64,000 nucleotides of DNA from an uncultured Candidatus Binatia bacterium (GTDB taxonomy: Bacteria; Desulfobacterota; Binatia; Bin18). Numbering within the stretch: the first letter of the stretch is position 1; each line of letters starts with the position of its first letter. The position numbers were made by a program, and so were the translations under genes. Shown here piece by piece: positions 1 through 10,105 of this stretch. The notes beneath the pieces were generated by a model. The model was given only the letters and a program-made list of their open reading frames with translations. It searched no databases and was not told the origin of the DNA. The stretch is from positions 1,312,001-1,376,000 of the forward strand of contig OZ243961.1 of the NCBI GenBank assembly GCA_965214605.1, in the 5' to 3' direction.

Positions 1-1554
1 CACGGCCGCCCAGTTTGTCGTGGTCCGGTCAAGACAGACTAAGCTCTGGGCAAAGACGCGGGGCTGCTTTTGCTCGCAAATACGCGCCACGTACAGCAGG
101 AGAGGCGTATTGTCGGCAATGCCTAGTTCGTGCCGGACAGACGTCCCGTTCTCCGTCGCTGTCGGCCGCCATTTTTCCGCATCAACGTTGGTATAACACA
201 CCCGGATACGTTCAGAATCGGCTCCGCGCTGTTCCATCCAATGGCGAAGATGCTGCGACGAAACAATGTTAAGATCAAGCACGTCTTGATATTCAACGGC
301 AAAACGCGGATAGCCGCCACTCTTCCAGTCTTCTTCCTCCATATGGCAGTAATCGACAAAGGCGACCCCCGGACACCGGGCTCGGAGATAGGGCAAGAGA
401 AGATAGGCAAGCTCACTATTCGAGACCATCACCACAGAGATCTGGCGAGAGTGGATCAGGTAGCAAAGGAAACGCGGATAGTCCGTGAGGCGCAAAAAAT
501 GGTGTAAGATAAAAACATCGGGGGTGAAATGGGCAAACTGTGGCCACCAAGATGACTCTCCGGTTAAGGTGGTGGCGATGGACACTTCCCAGCCCTGACC
601 GGTCAACAGTTCCAAGACATCGAGATTAAATTTATCAGCGCCACCAACCGTAAGCCACGGCAGCAGCATCAGGAGGCGCGGTTTGTCCTTCTGCAGACGA
701 TTGTCCCACAGGTATTCATCCGCTATTGGCGTATACGCCCGATGCCCTTCCGGCTGGACGTGTGGAAATTTCCCAGCCCACAGCTGGGGATAGCGCCGTT
801 GGAGTTGGCCCTTGACCTTCTGTGGCTTGTTCCAGTGAGCCCAGCGATCCTGATGTGACTCGCGTCGCCGATACCAATCCAGATACTCTGGCAGCGTCCC
901 TCCCCAATAGCCCCGGCTGGCACATCGCAGCCAAAAATCCCAATCCTCAAATCCTCTCCGAAAATTTTCATCATACCCGCCAACCGCGCCATGGACCGCT
1001 GTCTGGACCACACTGGTAACCGCGACACTATTTTCTTCCAAAAAGGCTTCCCCATTATGAAAACCTTGCTGCCACAAATACGTCTGCGCCTCAAAGCCGA
1101 CAGTATACCCCTTCACAAACGCATACTCAGGATACGACTCTAGAAACCACAGACACTTCTCAATGGCGGTTGGTTCCAACAGATCGTCGCTGTCGAGTTG
1201 GACCACATATGGAGTCCGGGCCGCCTGAAAACCGCTATTGCGGGCGGCACTCAGGCCACGATTGTGGTCATGGTCGATCACACGAATCCGTGTATCCCGA
1301 TTGCGATATTCGTCGAGTAAGGCCAAGGCGTCAGCTTGGGTCGAACCATCATTAATAATGAGCCATTCCCACTGCTGGAATGACTGACGCATGATGGAGC
1401 GAGCAGTCTCATGAAAAATCGCCCCAGTGTTGTAAAAGGGTGTCACAATGGTCGCCGCCGGAGGGACGGTCGGGTCAGCCGGCCCATAGTCATAGACAGG
1501 ACGCTGGTCCGACGCCGGCGTATTTGCATAATCAGGATTTTTCGGATCAATCAT
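1..1554 (-). CDS. GT2 + GT4 fusion glycosyltransferase, truncated by the window edge
   Basis: Not in the ORF track because it runs off the edge. Hand translation from ATG 1554: MIDPKNPDY...TIVTPFYNTG...WLIINDGS...GLSAARN...QLDSDD...FEDWDFW (GT2), then LLMLLPWLTVGGADKF...VARICEQKQP (GT-B/GT4). Start overlaps the upstream stop (ATGATTGA). Confidence 0.9.
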   Translation of the reverse strand, partial: MIDPKNPDYANTPASDQRPVYDYGPADPTVPPAATIVTPFYNTGAIFHETARSIMRQSFQQWEWLIINDGSTQADALALLDEYRNRDTRIRVIDHDHNRGLSAARNSGFQAARTPYVVQLDSDDLLEPTAIEKCLWFLESYPEYAFVKGYTVGFEAQTYLWQQGFHNGEAFLEENSVAVTSVVQTAVHGAVGGYDENFRRGFEDWDFWLRCASRGYWGGTLPEYLDWYRRRESHQDRWAHWNKPQKVKGQLQRRYPQLWAGKFPHVQPEGHRAYTPIADEYLWDNRLQKDKPRLLMLLPWLTVGGADKFNLDVLELLTGQGWEVSIATTLTGESSWWPQFAHFTPDVFILHHFLRLTDYPRFLCYLIHSRQISVVMVSNSELAYLLLPYLRARCPGVAFVDYCHMEEEDWKSGGYPRFAVEYQDVLDLNIVSSQHLRHWMEQRGADSERIRVCYTNVDAEKWRPTATENGTSVRHELGIADNTPLLLYVARICEQKQPRVFAQSLVCLDRTTTNWAAV

Positions 1555-4027
1555 TGGGCTCAGTCTCTGAAGCTGGAAATGGCTGAGCGGGATTGACAAT
1601 TTTTAGAAACCGACCGAGGCGTCCCCAAAAACTCTCCTGCCAATGCTCGGTCTGTGCCTGCCAATACTCGGCCTGCGCCTGCCAATGCTCGGCCTGCGCC
1701 TGCCAGCTCTCCCATTGTCCTTCTAGCCACGCCTTCCCCGTTTCCAGCTCACCAATCCAGACACGTTGCTGCTCCACCACCCGCTCCTGCTCCTCGGCTA
1801 GTGCCTGCCAGCGCCGCCACTGATCTTCCAGCCACCCCCGTCCCCTATCGAGCTGAGCCGCCCACTCCCGTTGTTCCAATATCGCTTCTACGGCCTCGGC
1901 CAAGAGTTGAGCCTGGCGCGTCTCACTTCTGCGTTGGGCATAGTACGAGACAGCCGCGCGCATGGCTCGACCACACTCTTCCACCCCCCGTTCGTATTGA
2001 TAGTCGTGCGAAGCATTGTCCGCGTGCCAGCGGTAGCGCACCAAGGTATCGTGGATAAAAGCGACCCGTCCCTCAATACACAGCTTCATCCACATCTCAT
2101 AGTCGCAGGCATAGCCGAGCGCTTCATTAAAGCCGCCAACCATATCGAGTTGTTCCCGCCGGACAACCACGGTCGACGCGCAGATACACTCCCCGTGCAG
2201 CAACAGTTTGCGAAAATATGCCTCGCCCTCTTCCACAAAATCCACCTCCGCTTTTTCTATCCAGTCACTCAAACGGCTAGGCGCTCTGGCTTCTACAATG
2301 GGTTCTGCCCTCGAATGCACTAGGCTCAGATCGGGCTCACTCTCAAACAGGGCCATCTTGCGCGCCAGGTTGTCGGCCAACATTACATCGTCCTGATGAA
2401 ACACGCACACATACTCGCCCCGCGCCAGCTCGACAGCCGTATTCCAATTCGCCGGAATACCTCGCCGCTGGGAATTCTGATAGACGCGAAGACGGGGGTC
2501 GTCAAACTCCTGGAGAAGCTTCAGCGTTCGATCGCTTGAGCCGTCATCGACTGCCACAACTTCAAAATCGGTATAGCTCTGCTGCAGCACACTCCGCACC
2601 GCTTCAGCTACATATGCCTCACCATTGTAGGTCGGCAGACAGACGCTCAAGCGTGGCCGGGCCAAGTCAGGCGATGTATCTCTGAGTTGGCGAGGTGCAG
2701 CCGGACTGGAGAGGGTCGGAGCTTGACGTGATGACCCCGACCCGTCCGGCATCGCGGTAGGAACGCCTGAAGGCGGGACGGAGCGTGGGCCAGACCGTTC
2801 CAGCACGGCTTCATAGGTCTGCTCGACATCCCGGGCGTAGGTGTCGGCATCGCGCCAGACAAACCGGGCTGACTTGAGTCCAGCCAGCAGGGCCGGCTCG
2901 TCCAGAAGACGCCGCAGACACCGCCGCAGCGCGTCGGCATTCCCCGGCTCAAACAGCAATCCGTTATGGCCATCGTGGATGAGTTCGGGCAGGGCCCCCC
3001 TGCGGGCGGCAATCACCGGCAGACCGACCTGGAGAGCCTCACGGGCGACCAGGGAAAACGTTTCTTCACAGATTGAGGGGATGATGCACACATTATGCCG
3101 GGCCAGAATGGCCGGGAGTTCAGAACGATCGTAGACGCCTCCCCAATGGACAGACAGGTCGGCTGCGGCCTGGCGGAGCTGGTCTATGTACGCCTGCTTG
3201 GACGCCAGTCCAACCCCATAGAACGAGACCTGCGCCTGCTCGGCGGGCAGACCTTTGAGCGCGTGCAGCAACACCTGCGCACCTTTGTGCGGCAGCAGAG
3301 CTCCAATACACAGCACCCGTAGGGTCGGCTCCGCCTCCCCCTCATCTGATCGGTCTGGAACAGAACGGGACAGGGGGGGCAGCCCAGGGGCAATTATTTG
3401 GAGCCGATCGTGTAAAAAAGGGAAGTCATTCACAATCCGCCGGGCCAGAAAGGCGGACGGAACAATAACCTGACGGGGTCCCTGTAGAACTTGAGTCATA
3501 CACGCAAAACGATGACGGACGTCTTCGGCTGGGGCAACATCGTGGAGACACCCAACGCACCGCTCGCCGCGTTGCGGTCCGGGACAGAGTTGGTCGTCCC
3601 GGTCAATCAGGTGCACCAAGTGACAGGCAAAAAAGAAATCGTGCAGGCTCAATACCGTGGGGTAGCCAAGGGTGGACACACAGGGAACGAGGCTGGCTGA
3701 CAGATGGGCAATATGCTGAAAATGGACGATATCGGCCCGACAGCGGTGTAAAAGCTGGCGAAAGATGTCATGGAAAAAGGGATTGTCGTAGCGTAAACGA
3801 AAGGACATTGTCCGGGTATAGTTATTCACAATGCGGATAATCCGCAGCCCGTGCTCATCCTGCTCTTCTTGGAGGCTGCATTCCGCACGGTCGGGCGCAA
3901 AGGTCCGCGCCACAATCGTCACCTGGTGTCCACGTGCCTGGAGAGCGCGGGACAGCTCCAAGGTCAGGATCTCAGTCCCGGCCCTCTCCTGTGGGGGAAG
4001 TCCGTGCACAACTTGGACAATCCGCAT
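1547..4027 (-). CDS. GT4 + GT2 fusion glycosyltransferase with C-terminal Trp/Gln coiled coil
   Basis: N-terminal GT-B (AGTE, HKG, EETFSLVAREA), Pro/Ser linker, GT2 (SVCLPTYNG, VDDGSSD, HQDD, DYEMW), then WQAQAE repeats. Confidence 0.92.
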   Translation of the reverse strand: MRIVQVVHGLPPQERAGTEILTLELSRALQARGHQVTIVARTFAPDRAECSLQEEQDEHGLRIIRIVNNYTRTMSFRLRYDNPFFHDIFRQLLHRCRADIVHFQHIAHLSASLVPCVSTLGYPTVLSLHDFFFACHLVHLIDRDDQLCPGPQRGERCVGCLHDVAPAEDVRHRFACMTQVLQGPRQVIVPSAFLARRIVNDFPFLHDRLQIIAPGLPPLSRSVPDRSDEGEAEPTLRVLCIGALLPHKGAQVLLHALKGLPAEQAQVSFYGVGLASKQAYIDQLRQAAADLSVHWGGVYDRSELPAILARHNVCIIPSICEETFSLVAREALQVGLPVIAARRGALPELIHDGHNGLLFEPGNADALRRCLRRLLDEPALLAGLKSARFVWRDADTYARDVEQTYEAVLERSGPRSVPPSGVPTAMPDGSGSSRQAPTLSSPAAPRQLRDTSPDLARPRLSVCLPTYNGEAYVAEAVRSVLQQSYTDFEVVAVDDGSSDRTLKLLQEFDDPRLRVYQNSQRRGIPANWNTAVELARGEYVCVFHQDDVMLADNLARKMALFESEPDLSLVHSRAEPIVEARAPSRLSDWIEKAEVDFVEEGEAYFRKLLLHGECICASTVVVRREQLDMVGGFNEALGYACDYEMWMKLCIEGRVAFIHDTLVRYRWHADNASHDYQYERGVEECGRAMRAAVSYYAQRRSETRQAQLLAEAVEAILEQREWAAQLDRGRGWLEDQWRRWQALAEEQERVVEQQRVWIGELETGKAWLEGQWESWQAQAEHWQAQAEYWQAQTEHWQESFWGRLGRFLKIVNPAQPFPASETEPND
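1636..1705. repeat. 21-bp in-frame tandem repeat, about 3.3 copies, encoding WQAQ(A/T)E(H/Y) heptads
   Basis: cctgccaatgctcggtctgtg / cctgccaatactcggcctgcg / cctgccaatgctcggcctgcg / cctgcca. Confidence 0.95.
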
Positions 4028-4056
4028 ACGATATCCTCTCTAGTTCCTCTACCCGG

Positions 4057-5028
4057 CTACTGTCGTTTGATGTAGGCTTGGTGTGAGAACCGTGCTTGGA
4101 GCCACTCTGGTAATGTCTGCGCCCGCTCACCAAACCACACCCCCAACTGGGCGGCACAATGCCAGCCAAGCGCGGGGAGCGCCCAGCGACACACGACGCG
4201 GGCCTTGGGCCGCCGTTGTTCCTGAGCCCAGAAGGCCAAGTCTGTTCGGGCGTGACGAACAGCCGTCTGCAAACACGTGATCAGGCAGCTCTGCATCAGC
4301 GGTCCCGCCTCCTGACGCAGAGCTGCGGTATGATCAAAGTGGCGACGGAAATTCGCCCACGGTCCATAACCATGCGAATGATAGACGACTGAGTCTGCAC
4401 AATAGGCAGTCTTATACCCGGCTTCAAGGACCTTCTTGGCCCACAGCTGATCTTCGCCAAACTCAACCTCAGGCAACGGGATTTGGCTCCAGATGTGGTG
4501 ACGAATGACAGAGCTGACGTTAGTAAAAAAGTAATAAAAAGCCGGATTCCGCGCATAGACCGGATTATCGACCAGGCTATTGGTGCGGGAGTCTCGCATT
4601 CCAGACAACTCCTCTTGGACGATCCGTCGCCATTCCATCGGATGACAGCTCGGACGTGGCACGTGGCGACTATAGGCACCGGCAATGAGCGGATCAACCA
4701 GGAGGGGTGCAAGCAGCTTGTCCAGCCAATTGGTATTGGCTGGGGTGGCGTCTTGCGTGAGAAAAACCAGATAGTCGCCCCGGGCGTATGAAGCCGCCAA
4801 GTTTCGGGTACGCCCATGACCAAATGTTTGGGCCGGAATCCGCATGATACGGACTGCGTGCTCTTCAAGGATGGACAGGGTCTGATCTCGCGATCCAGAA
4901 TCAACGGCGATGATTTCAGCCAATCGAAAATTTCCCTGCTGCTCTTGGATGCGCCGCAAGATTGCGCCAAGGTAGCGTTCGCCGTTTTTTGTCACGAACA
5001 GAATAGACACGCTCGGACAATCCGTCAT
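4057..5028 (-). CDS. GT2 glycosyltransferase (rhamnosyltransferase-like)
   Basis: VDSGSRD, FGHGRTRN, FLTQDA, GEDQLWA and VYHSH motifs. Confidence 0.88.
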   Translation of the reverse strand: MTDCPSVSILFVTKNGERYLGAILRRIQEQQGNFRLAEIIAVDSGSRDQTLSILEEHAVRIMRIPAQTFGHGRTRNLAASYARGDYLVFLTQDATPANTNWLDKLLAPLLVDPLIAGAYSRHVPRPSCHPMEWRRIVQEELSGMRDSRTNSLVDNPVYARNPAFYYFFTNVSSVIRHHIWSQIPLPEVEFGEDQLWAKKVLEAGYKTAYCADSVVYHSHGYGPWANFRRHFDHTAALRQEAGPLMQSCLITCLQTAVRHARTDLAFWAQEQRRPKARVVCRWALPALGWHCAAQLGVWFGERAQTLPEWLQARFSHQAYIKRQ

Positions 5029-5169
5029 GAATCGGCCCTTTACCCAGAGGGACGCCGTCTCCCCGACTCTCTCCTTGGAGGGGCATCACTCTGTGCAGCG
5101 TCCATCTTACCGACAAACAGGAACAGTAGTGTCGGGCCATGCCCACATTCGGTTGACGGCCTCCTGTAT

Positions 5170-5833
5170 TTTTTTCGGCCCGGCTAGTAATAATCTCCCG
5201 CTGAGCATGCATGTGCCGGCGAAGGCGATCCTCTTTACGGATTGGACTGCTCCACAGCCGTCTCCACTTTCTGCGAAAATAAAAGCGGAGCAACGGCAAA
5301 AGGAGTGGCCGTGCGGTTTGTGTACGTTACTTCGAGACCGGCATGCCGGCAGACGACTTCAAGCAGCTCGGGATGATAGCAGCGTACCTGCTCAGGATCA
5401 CGCCGAAATCCAAAGAGCTGCATGCGGATCGATTCGGGATTAGGCACGACAATCACCACAGTTCCGGCTAGCTCGACACGCGGGACAATCAGCTCAAGAC
5501 ACCGCAGGACTTGGGCAACAGGCAGATGCTCAGGAAAATGTGAGCAGAAGACCCCGGCATAAGTCTCGGTCGGCTGCTCCAGGAAGGTGAGGACATCTTG
5601 TGCCATCACCTCCCAGCCGTGCCGTCTCACCCAGGCCACCACCGCCGGGTTACGCTCAATGCCAATTGCAGGAATCCCCTGCTCGGCCAACAGTTCTAAG
5701 GAAAATGCCTGAGCCACACGCCAGGTCAAGTACCTTCTGACAGCCCTGGAAATAGGAGACATAGCCGGCCTGCATGTTGCGGTCGGTCACGCAGCACGAA
5801 TTCATAGGTGGAGTAATTAAAGCGCTCTGCCAT
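5170..5833 (-). pseudogene. Frameshifted class I SAM-dependent methyltransferase
   Basis: Pieces lie in different frames: MAERFNYSTYEFVLRD / MQAGYVSYFQGCQKVLDLACGSGIFL (motif I) / ELLAEQGIPAIGIE...FCSHFPEHL...VPNPES. 3' end approximate. Confidence 0.75.
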
Positions 5834-5909
5834 AGTGGACAACCAAGACCTATGCGAGCCCAGCCACTCTATTGAGGAGGGGTGACAGATGCAATTTCTC
5901 CCCGATCCT

Positions 5910-6692
5910 TCACTCTTTGTCTCTTCCCTTCCCATGGGCTTGTTGTACGCGTTTCAGCTCCTGTTGGAGCCGCGCTATTTTTTCGTCTTTTTGCAACAAC
6001 CGATCATAGGCGACGTGCAGCATGTTGACCGGATAACGAGGCTGCTCTTCCTCACTCAGCTCTTCGCCGAGGAGACGAAACGGGTCATGACCTAGCCGGG
6101 GAGAAATTTCCTGGGTTAAAGTGCCCGAAAGCGTCCGCACGCGCCGGTCAAGCCGGTCGAGGTGGGGATGCTGGGCTTGCGCTTCAGCATCCCCCCTGAG
6201 CCCAGCCTTTATTCCAATCCCAACCAAAGAGTGGGGAAACGCGGGCAAACCTTGGATATACACCCGGCGCGGCGAAAAGCGCTCCAACAGCATGTCAAAT
6301 CCCTGCGGCGCAAAGCGCCAATAATCGGCCGGGTGTTCGTGCACGGGATAGTCCATCGCGGAACTGATCACCACCAAACCGCCGGGCTTGAGCACTCGAA
6401 ACACCTCGGCCATGGCCTGGAGCGGATTTCTCACATGCTCCAAGGTTTCCAACATCAGAACGATCCCAAGTGTGTCCGACGCAAACGACAGCCGATGCAC
6501 ATCTTCGATCCGGTCCACCCCGGGTCCAGGCCGCATATCACAACCGGTATAATCAGCGTCCACAAATAGCGGTCGCAGATCCGCCGAGGCCAACTGCCCT
6601 TCAACGCGTAAGGCCCCAATCTCCACAATGGGTTGGTGAAGCGTCAGCGTCTCGGATACGACCCGGACAAACTCTCTGATATTCCCGCGCAT
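5910..6692 (-). CDS. Class I SAM-dependent methyltransferase with short C-terminal coiled coil
   Basis: IVEIGA, GCDMRPGPGVD, ETLEHV, RVLKPGG, DYWRF; tail LLQKDEKIARLQQELKRVQQ. Confidence 0.88.
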   Translation of the reverse strand: MRGNIREFVRVVSETLTLHQPIVEIGALRVEGQLASADLRPLFVDADYTGCDMRPGPGVDRIEDVHRLSFASDTLGIVLMLETLEHVRNPLQAMAEVFRVLKPGGLVVISSAMDYPVHEHPADYWRFAPQGFDMLLERFSPRRVYIQGLPAFPHSLVGIGIKAGLRGDAEAQAQHPHLDRLDRRVRTLSGTLTQEISPRLGHDPFRLLGEELSEEEQPRYPVNMLHVAYDRLLQKDEKIARLQQELKRVQQAHGKGRDKE

Positions 6693-6722
6693 CGTTTGTG
6701 TGTTTCCTTCCCTAGTATGTCA

Positions 6723-7574
6723 TTAGAGGTGATCCGCGAAATAGCCTTTGCACTCGGCAAAGACCCGTTGGGCCAGGCCGAGCAGGATCAGAGATAGGAT
6801 AAGGGGGTACAGGACCCAATTCCAGGTCACCTGCTCAGGAGTCAGAATAAGTGCCCGATAGAGGGACAGGATGGGAGTTAAGGGATTCCAGACCAGGAGG
6901 GGCTGTAGAGCTTCGGGCACCATCCGGATGGAATACAGGACGGGAGACAGGAAAAACCACACGGTAAATAGCGCCCCGGTCAACTGGGACACATCCCGCA
7001 GAAAGACATTGGCTGGAGACAACAGCAGGCCGAGTGAGACGGCCAACAGCAGTTGGAGCAGAAACGGAATCACCAGCAGGCCGACGGCCACAGGAGAAAT
7101 CCCACCCTGCCAAATACCCACCCCAATAAGCATCAAACAAAAGCCGACCGCATGACTGAGAAAGCTCGAGACAACCGCGGAGAGGACTAAGAGTTCAGAA
7201 GGAAACTGGACGCGCTTCATCAGCTGTGCGTTCTCGACAATGACCGTCACTGAACGTAGACAGGCGTCCTGAAACGCCAGCCAAGGCCACAGGCCACAAA
7301 ACAAAAACGGCACAAAGTCGACCTCTTCGACCTGAAAGCGCACTCGGTAAATCACCCCAAAGACAAACGCATACAAACCCAGCAGGATAAACGGCTGGAC
7401 GAGACTCCACACCGCGCCTAAACTCGTCCCCACAAAGCGCGCCGTCACATCACGTACCATCATCTGGTGCAACAGCGCCCGGTGCTGCACGGCCGTGCGT
7501 CCCAGCCCAAATGGGTTGGCCCCAGCCAGCGTGGTGATAAAAATCCTGCAACGCAGGCCAGTGATACCAGTCAT
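6723..7574 (-). CDS. wzm: ABC-2 polysaccharide export permease (start uncertain)
   Basis: RFVGTSLGAVWSLVQP, KRVQFP, RDVSQL, FFLSPVLYS, NPL motifs; about 6 TM segments. Confidence 0.9.
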   Translation of the reverse strand: MTGITGLRCRIFITTLAGANPFGLGRTAVQHRALLHQMMVRDVTARFVGTSLGAVWSLVQPFILLGLYAFVFGVIYRVRFQVEEVDFVPFLFCGLWPWLAFQDACLRSVTVIVENAQLMKRVQFPSELLVLSAVVSSFLSHAVGFCLMLIGVGIWQGGISPVAVGLLVIPFLLQLLLAVSLGLLLSPANVFLRDVSQLTGALFTVWFFLSPVLYSIRMVPEALQPLLVWNPLTPILSLYRALILTPEQVTWNWVLYPLILSLILLGLAQRVFAECKGYFADHL

Positions 7575-8417
7575 ACGGGTAATCTCGAATATACTGCTTG
7601 AGCAAGCCGATCAGAACAAACAGGGTTTCACCTAACTCCGTGACCCGACACGGCTCCTCAAACGACAACTCCCAGTGATGATCTGTCCCAACCCTGCCGA
7701 AAAAGGGCACAATCGTCGCCCCGCTTCGCGCTGCTGTCGACAACAAGCCAGTGGGAAACCGAGCCAGCCGACCAAAAAACTCGACTTCCTTCCACTCTTT
7801 GATACCCAAGAACTCGGGCACTACATCAAGAAGCGCCCCCACCATGCCCTCTAGGTTGGGCACCCGTTTTCCGTTTCCTTCCTCCAGTAAAAATAATTTC
7901 TCGCTCCATGAGCCGCGCAATATGCTTAAACCGCGGTCGACTAAACGTATAGTGCACCCAGCCTTCTAGCTCCCGCACCCGCGAGAGCGGCATAGATAGT
8001 AGATGGGCCGCCAAGCCGTGACTCTGCAAATATGGAAAGATGAGGGAACCACCACCAAAATGGAAGGTGAGTAGGATCACACCCCGCTTCTCGGCTACGG
8101 CAGCACAGAGTCGCTCTTCTCCCGCCACCCGCACCCATCGCTGTCATCGTTGCCACGAATGAATCCGAGGGGCATACGCATCAATCCGGTCGCGTGCCAT
8201 TATCTCAAAGAATTTTTCTCCCATGTCCGCCGCTAGCAGCTCCTCTGGGTTGGAGCACCTGGGCCGCATTGGCCCGGATCAGCGCACACAGCTCAGGATA
8301 GTGCCAGGCTTCTAGCCGCCCCCAGGCTTGGGCTAGACGGTAGGCTGTCGGGAGGGGGAAAGACGCCGCTAGCGGGAGATACACCCCATATCTCAACCCA
8401 TCTTCTCTATTATTCAC
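7450..8417 (-). pseudogene. Fragmented LpxL/HtrB-family (lysophospholipid) acyltransferase
   Basis: Three consecutive frames: VNNREDGLRYGVYLPLA... / VRVAGEERL...RGVILLTFHFG / VGALLD...VEFFGRLARFPTG...GATIVP...IRDYPYDWYHW. The last matches the PxQWxW-type C-terminal motif of the family. Confidence 0.75.
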
Positions 8418-8440
8418 GCCTCGACTATATGCTCTAACGG

Positions 8441-9634
8441 CTAGGTCTCCCAGGCATGGGGCAAGAAACACAGACCGAGTTCTCGATTTTCTCCGCGCAC
8501 GGAGAACTCGCGCTCGACCGTGTCAAACACCCGCAAGCCGGCACTATCCATCGCGTGCGCTCGAAGGACATAACGTCCGGGCAGGAGACTGAGCTGGGGC
8601 AGGATATAGTCAATCTGGTGGACGCGTCCCTCAAGGTGCCGAGGAACCGCCCCGTCCATATCAGAAGCTACCCCATAGACCGGGACGAAATCGGCTCGGA
8701 CAATGCCAATGAGGATCACCGGTGGCTTGGTCTCACCCGTCCCGGCCTCAACCCTGACCCGTGCCCGGAACGGCTGTCCAAAATAGAACTGTGAGGTTTC
8801 TTGGGCGTGGCCGTTCAGCAGCCGGACATCGACTACCCGATTCTCGCCCGCGGCGCTCGGGCTTGAACGAGCGGACGTCTCGCCGTTCTCTTGGGCTTCG
8901 ATGAAATCCGCATACTCCTGGACCACGCTTGACGCAGCCCCTAGTAAGCGGACCTGGCCGCGGTGCAGCCACACGGCTTTGCCGCAGAGTTTCTTGATCT
9001 GGTAGGTATTGTGGGCGCAGAAAATCAAGGTTCCGCCATTCGACAGAAAGTGCTCCATCCGGCGAATACACTTTTTTTGGAACGCCTCATCCCCAACGGC
9101 AAGCACTTCATCGGTAATAAGGACATCCGGCTCAACGCAGGTCGCTAGGGCAAAGGCCAGCCGTACCGCCATGCCGGAGGAGTACGTTTTGAGGGGTCGA
9201 TCAATAAAATCGCCAATATCGGCAAACTCGACAATCGCTGGCAGGCGTTCCGCCATCTCTTCCCGGCTCAGACCCATCAATGCCCCGGACAGCGCCAAGT
9301 TTTCACGCCCGCTATACTCGGGATGAAAGCCAATACCGAGTTCAAGCAGAGCGCTGATCCGGCCATAGCTCTGGACGTGTCCCTCAGAAGCTCGGGTGAC
9401 TCCGCACAGGAGTTTTAGCAGCGTGCTTTTTCCTGCCCCATTCTCTCCAACAAGACCCCAAGTATCGCCTTGGTAGACTTGTAAGGATACATTGCGGACA
9501 GACCAGAACTCCTCAGAAAAGCGCCTTCGCCCCAGCCATAGCACTTCCTTCAAATGGTCAAGGTGACGCTGGTATAGCCGATAAGACTTACCAAGCCCGT
9601 GGGCTTCGACCAACAACCGCGGCTGTGAGTTCAT
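8441..9634 (-). CDS. wzt: ABC polysaccharide export ATPase with C-terminal carbohydrate-binding domain
   Basis: GENGAGKST, YSSGM, DEVLAVGD and a C-terminal Wzt_C beta domain (LLPGRY). Confidence 0.95.
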   Translation of the reverse strand: MNSQPRLLVEAHGLGKSYRLYQRHLDHLKEVLWLGRRRFSEEFWSVRNVSLQVYQGDTWGLVGENGAGKSTLLKLLCGVTRASEGHVQSYGRISALLELGIGFHPEYSGRENLALSGALMGLSREEMAERLPAIVEFADIGDFIDRPLKTYSSGMAVRLAFALATCVEPDVLITDEVLAVGDEAFQKKCIRRMEHFLSNGGTLIFCAHNTYQIKKLCGKAVWLHRGQVRLLGAASSVVQEYADFIEAQENGETSARSSPSAAGENRVVDVRLLNGHAQETSQFYFGQPFRARVRVEAGTGETKPPVILIGIVRADFVPVYGVASDMDGAVPRHLEGRVHQIDYILPQLSLLPGRYVLRAHAMDSAGLRVFDTVEREFSVRGENRELGLCFLPHAWET

Positions 9635-10068
9635 TGGCGGGACGACGAAGAACTCGTCATTGCGGTAGCAGCTTGATCAGAGAGACAGTCAGACCGGTCG
9701 CCAAAATAACGCTCACCAGAACCGTGCGATGCCTTTCCGCATTTGCTGGCAGGCGCCTTCATCGTGGCCCCGCGACTGGAGCCCAGCCCCTAGGGGTCAG
9801 AACTTGCGGATCTTGCTGCGTGGTTGGCATGTGGCCCCTCTGCGTTTCCAACACCGTCAGCCGCTTGTTCTTGCCACAGCGCGTCCGCCCATGGCGGGGC
9901 GGGGGATGGGCTAGATTTGCTCCTTGGGCCGATACCTGTGCTTCACTCATAGTGCTTGCCTCTTCAATCAGCTATGGTCTGATTTATCCGAAAACAGGGA
10001 TGAGCACAAGGTGAGACTCTTCAGGGCATCATTTAGGGTATCCTTGGTCTCTTTCGCAGGCAAAAAGA

Positions 10069-10098
10069 TTGACTTTACTCCTCAGAAATTGATAAGCT
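10069..10098 (+). promoter_or_regulatory. Sigma70-like promoter of the lipoprotein gene
   Basis: TTGACT-18-TAAGCT with extended TG; the ATG lies 7 nt after the -10. Confidence 0.55.
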
Positions 10099-10105
10099 GA
10101 CGAAG

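Noticed and set aside
15-1355. Short ORFs listed in the first 1.4 kb
   Set aside because: They are shadows of the unlisted minus-strand glycosyltransferase spanning 1-1554.
1636-1705. CRISPR-like direct repeats
   Set aside because: Units are contiguous with no spacers and lie in frame inside a CDS; no array or cas gene is present in the window.
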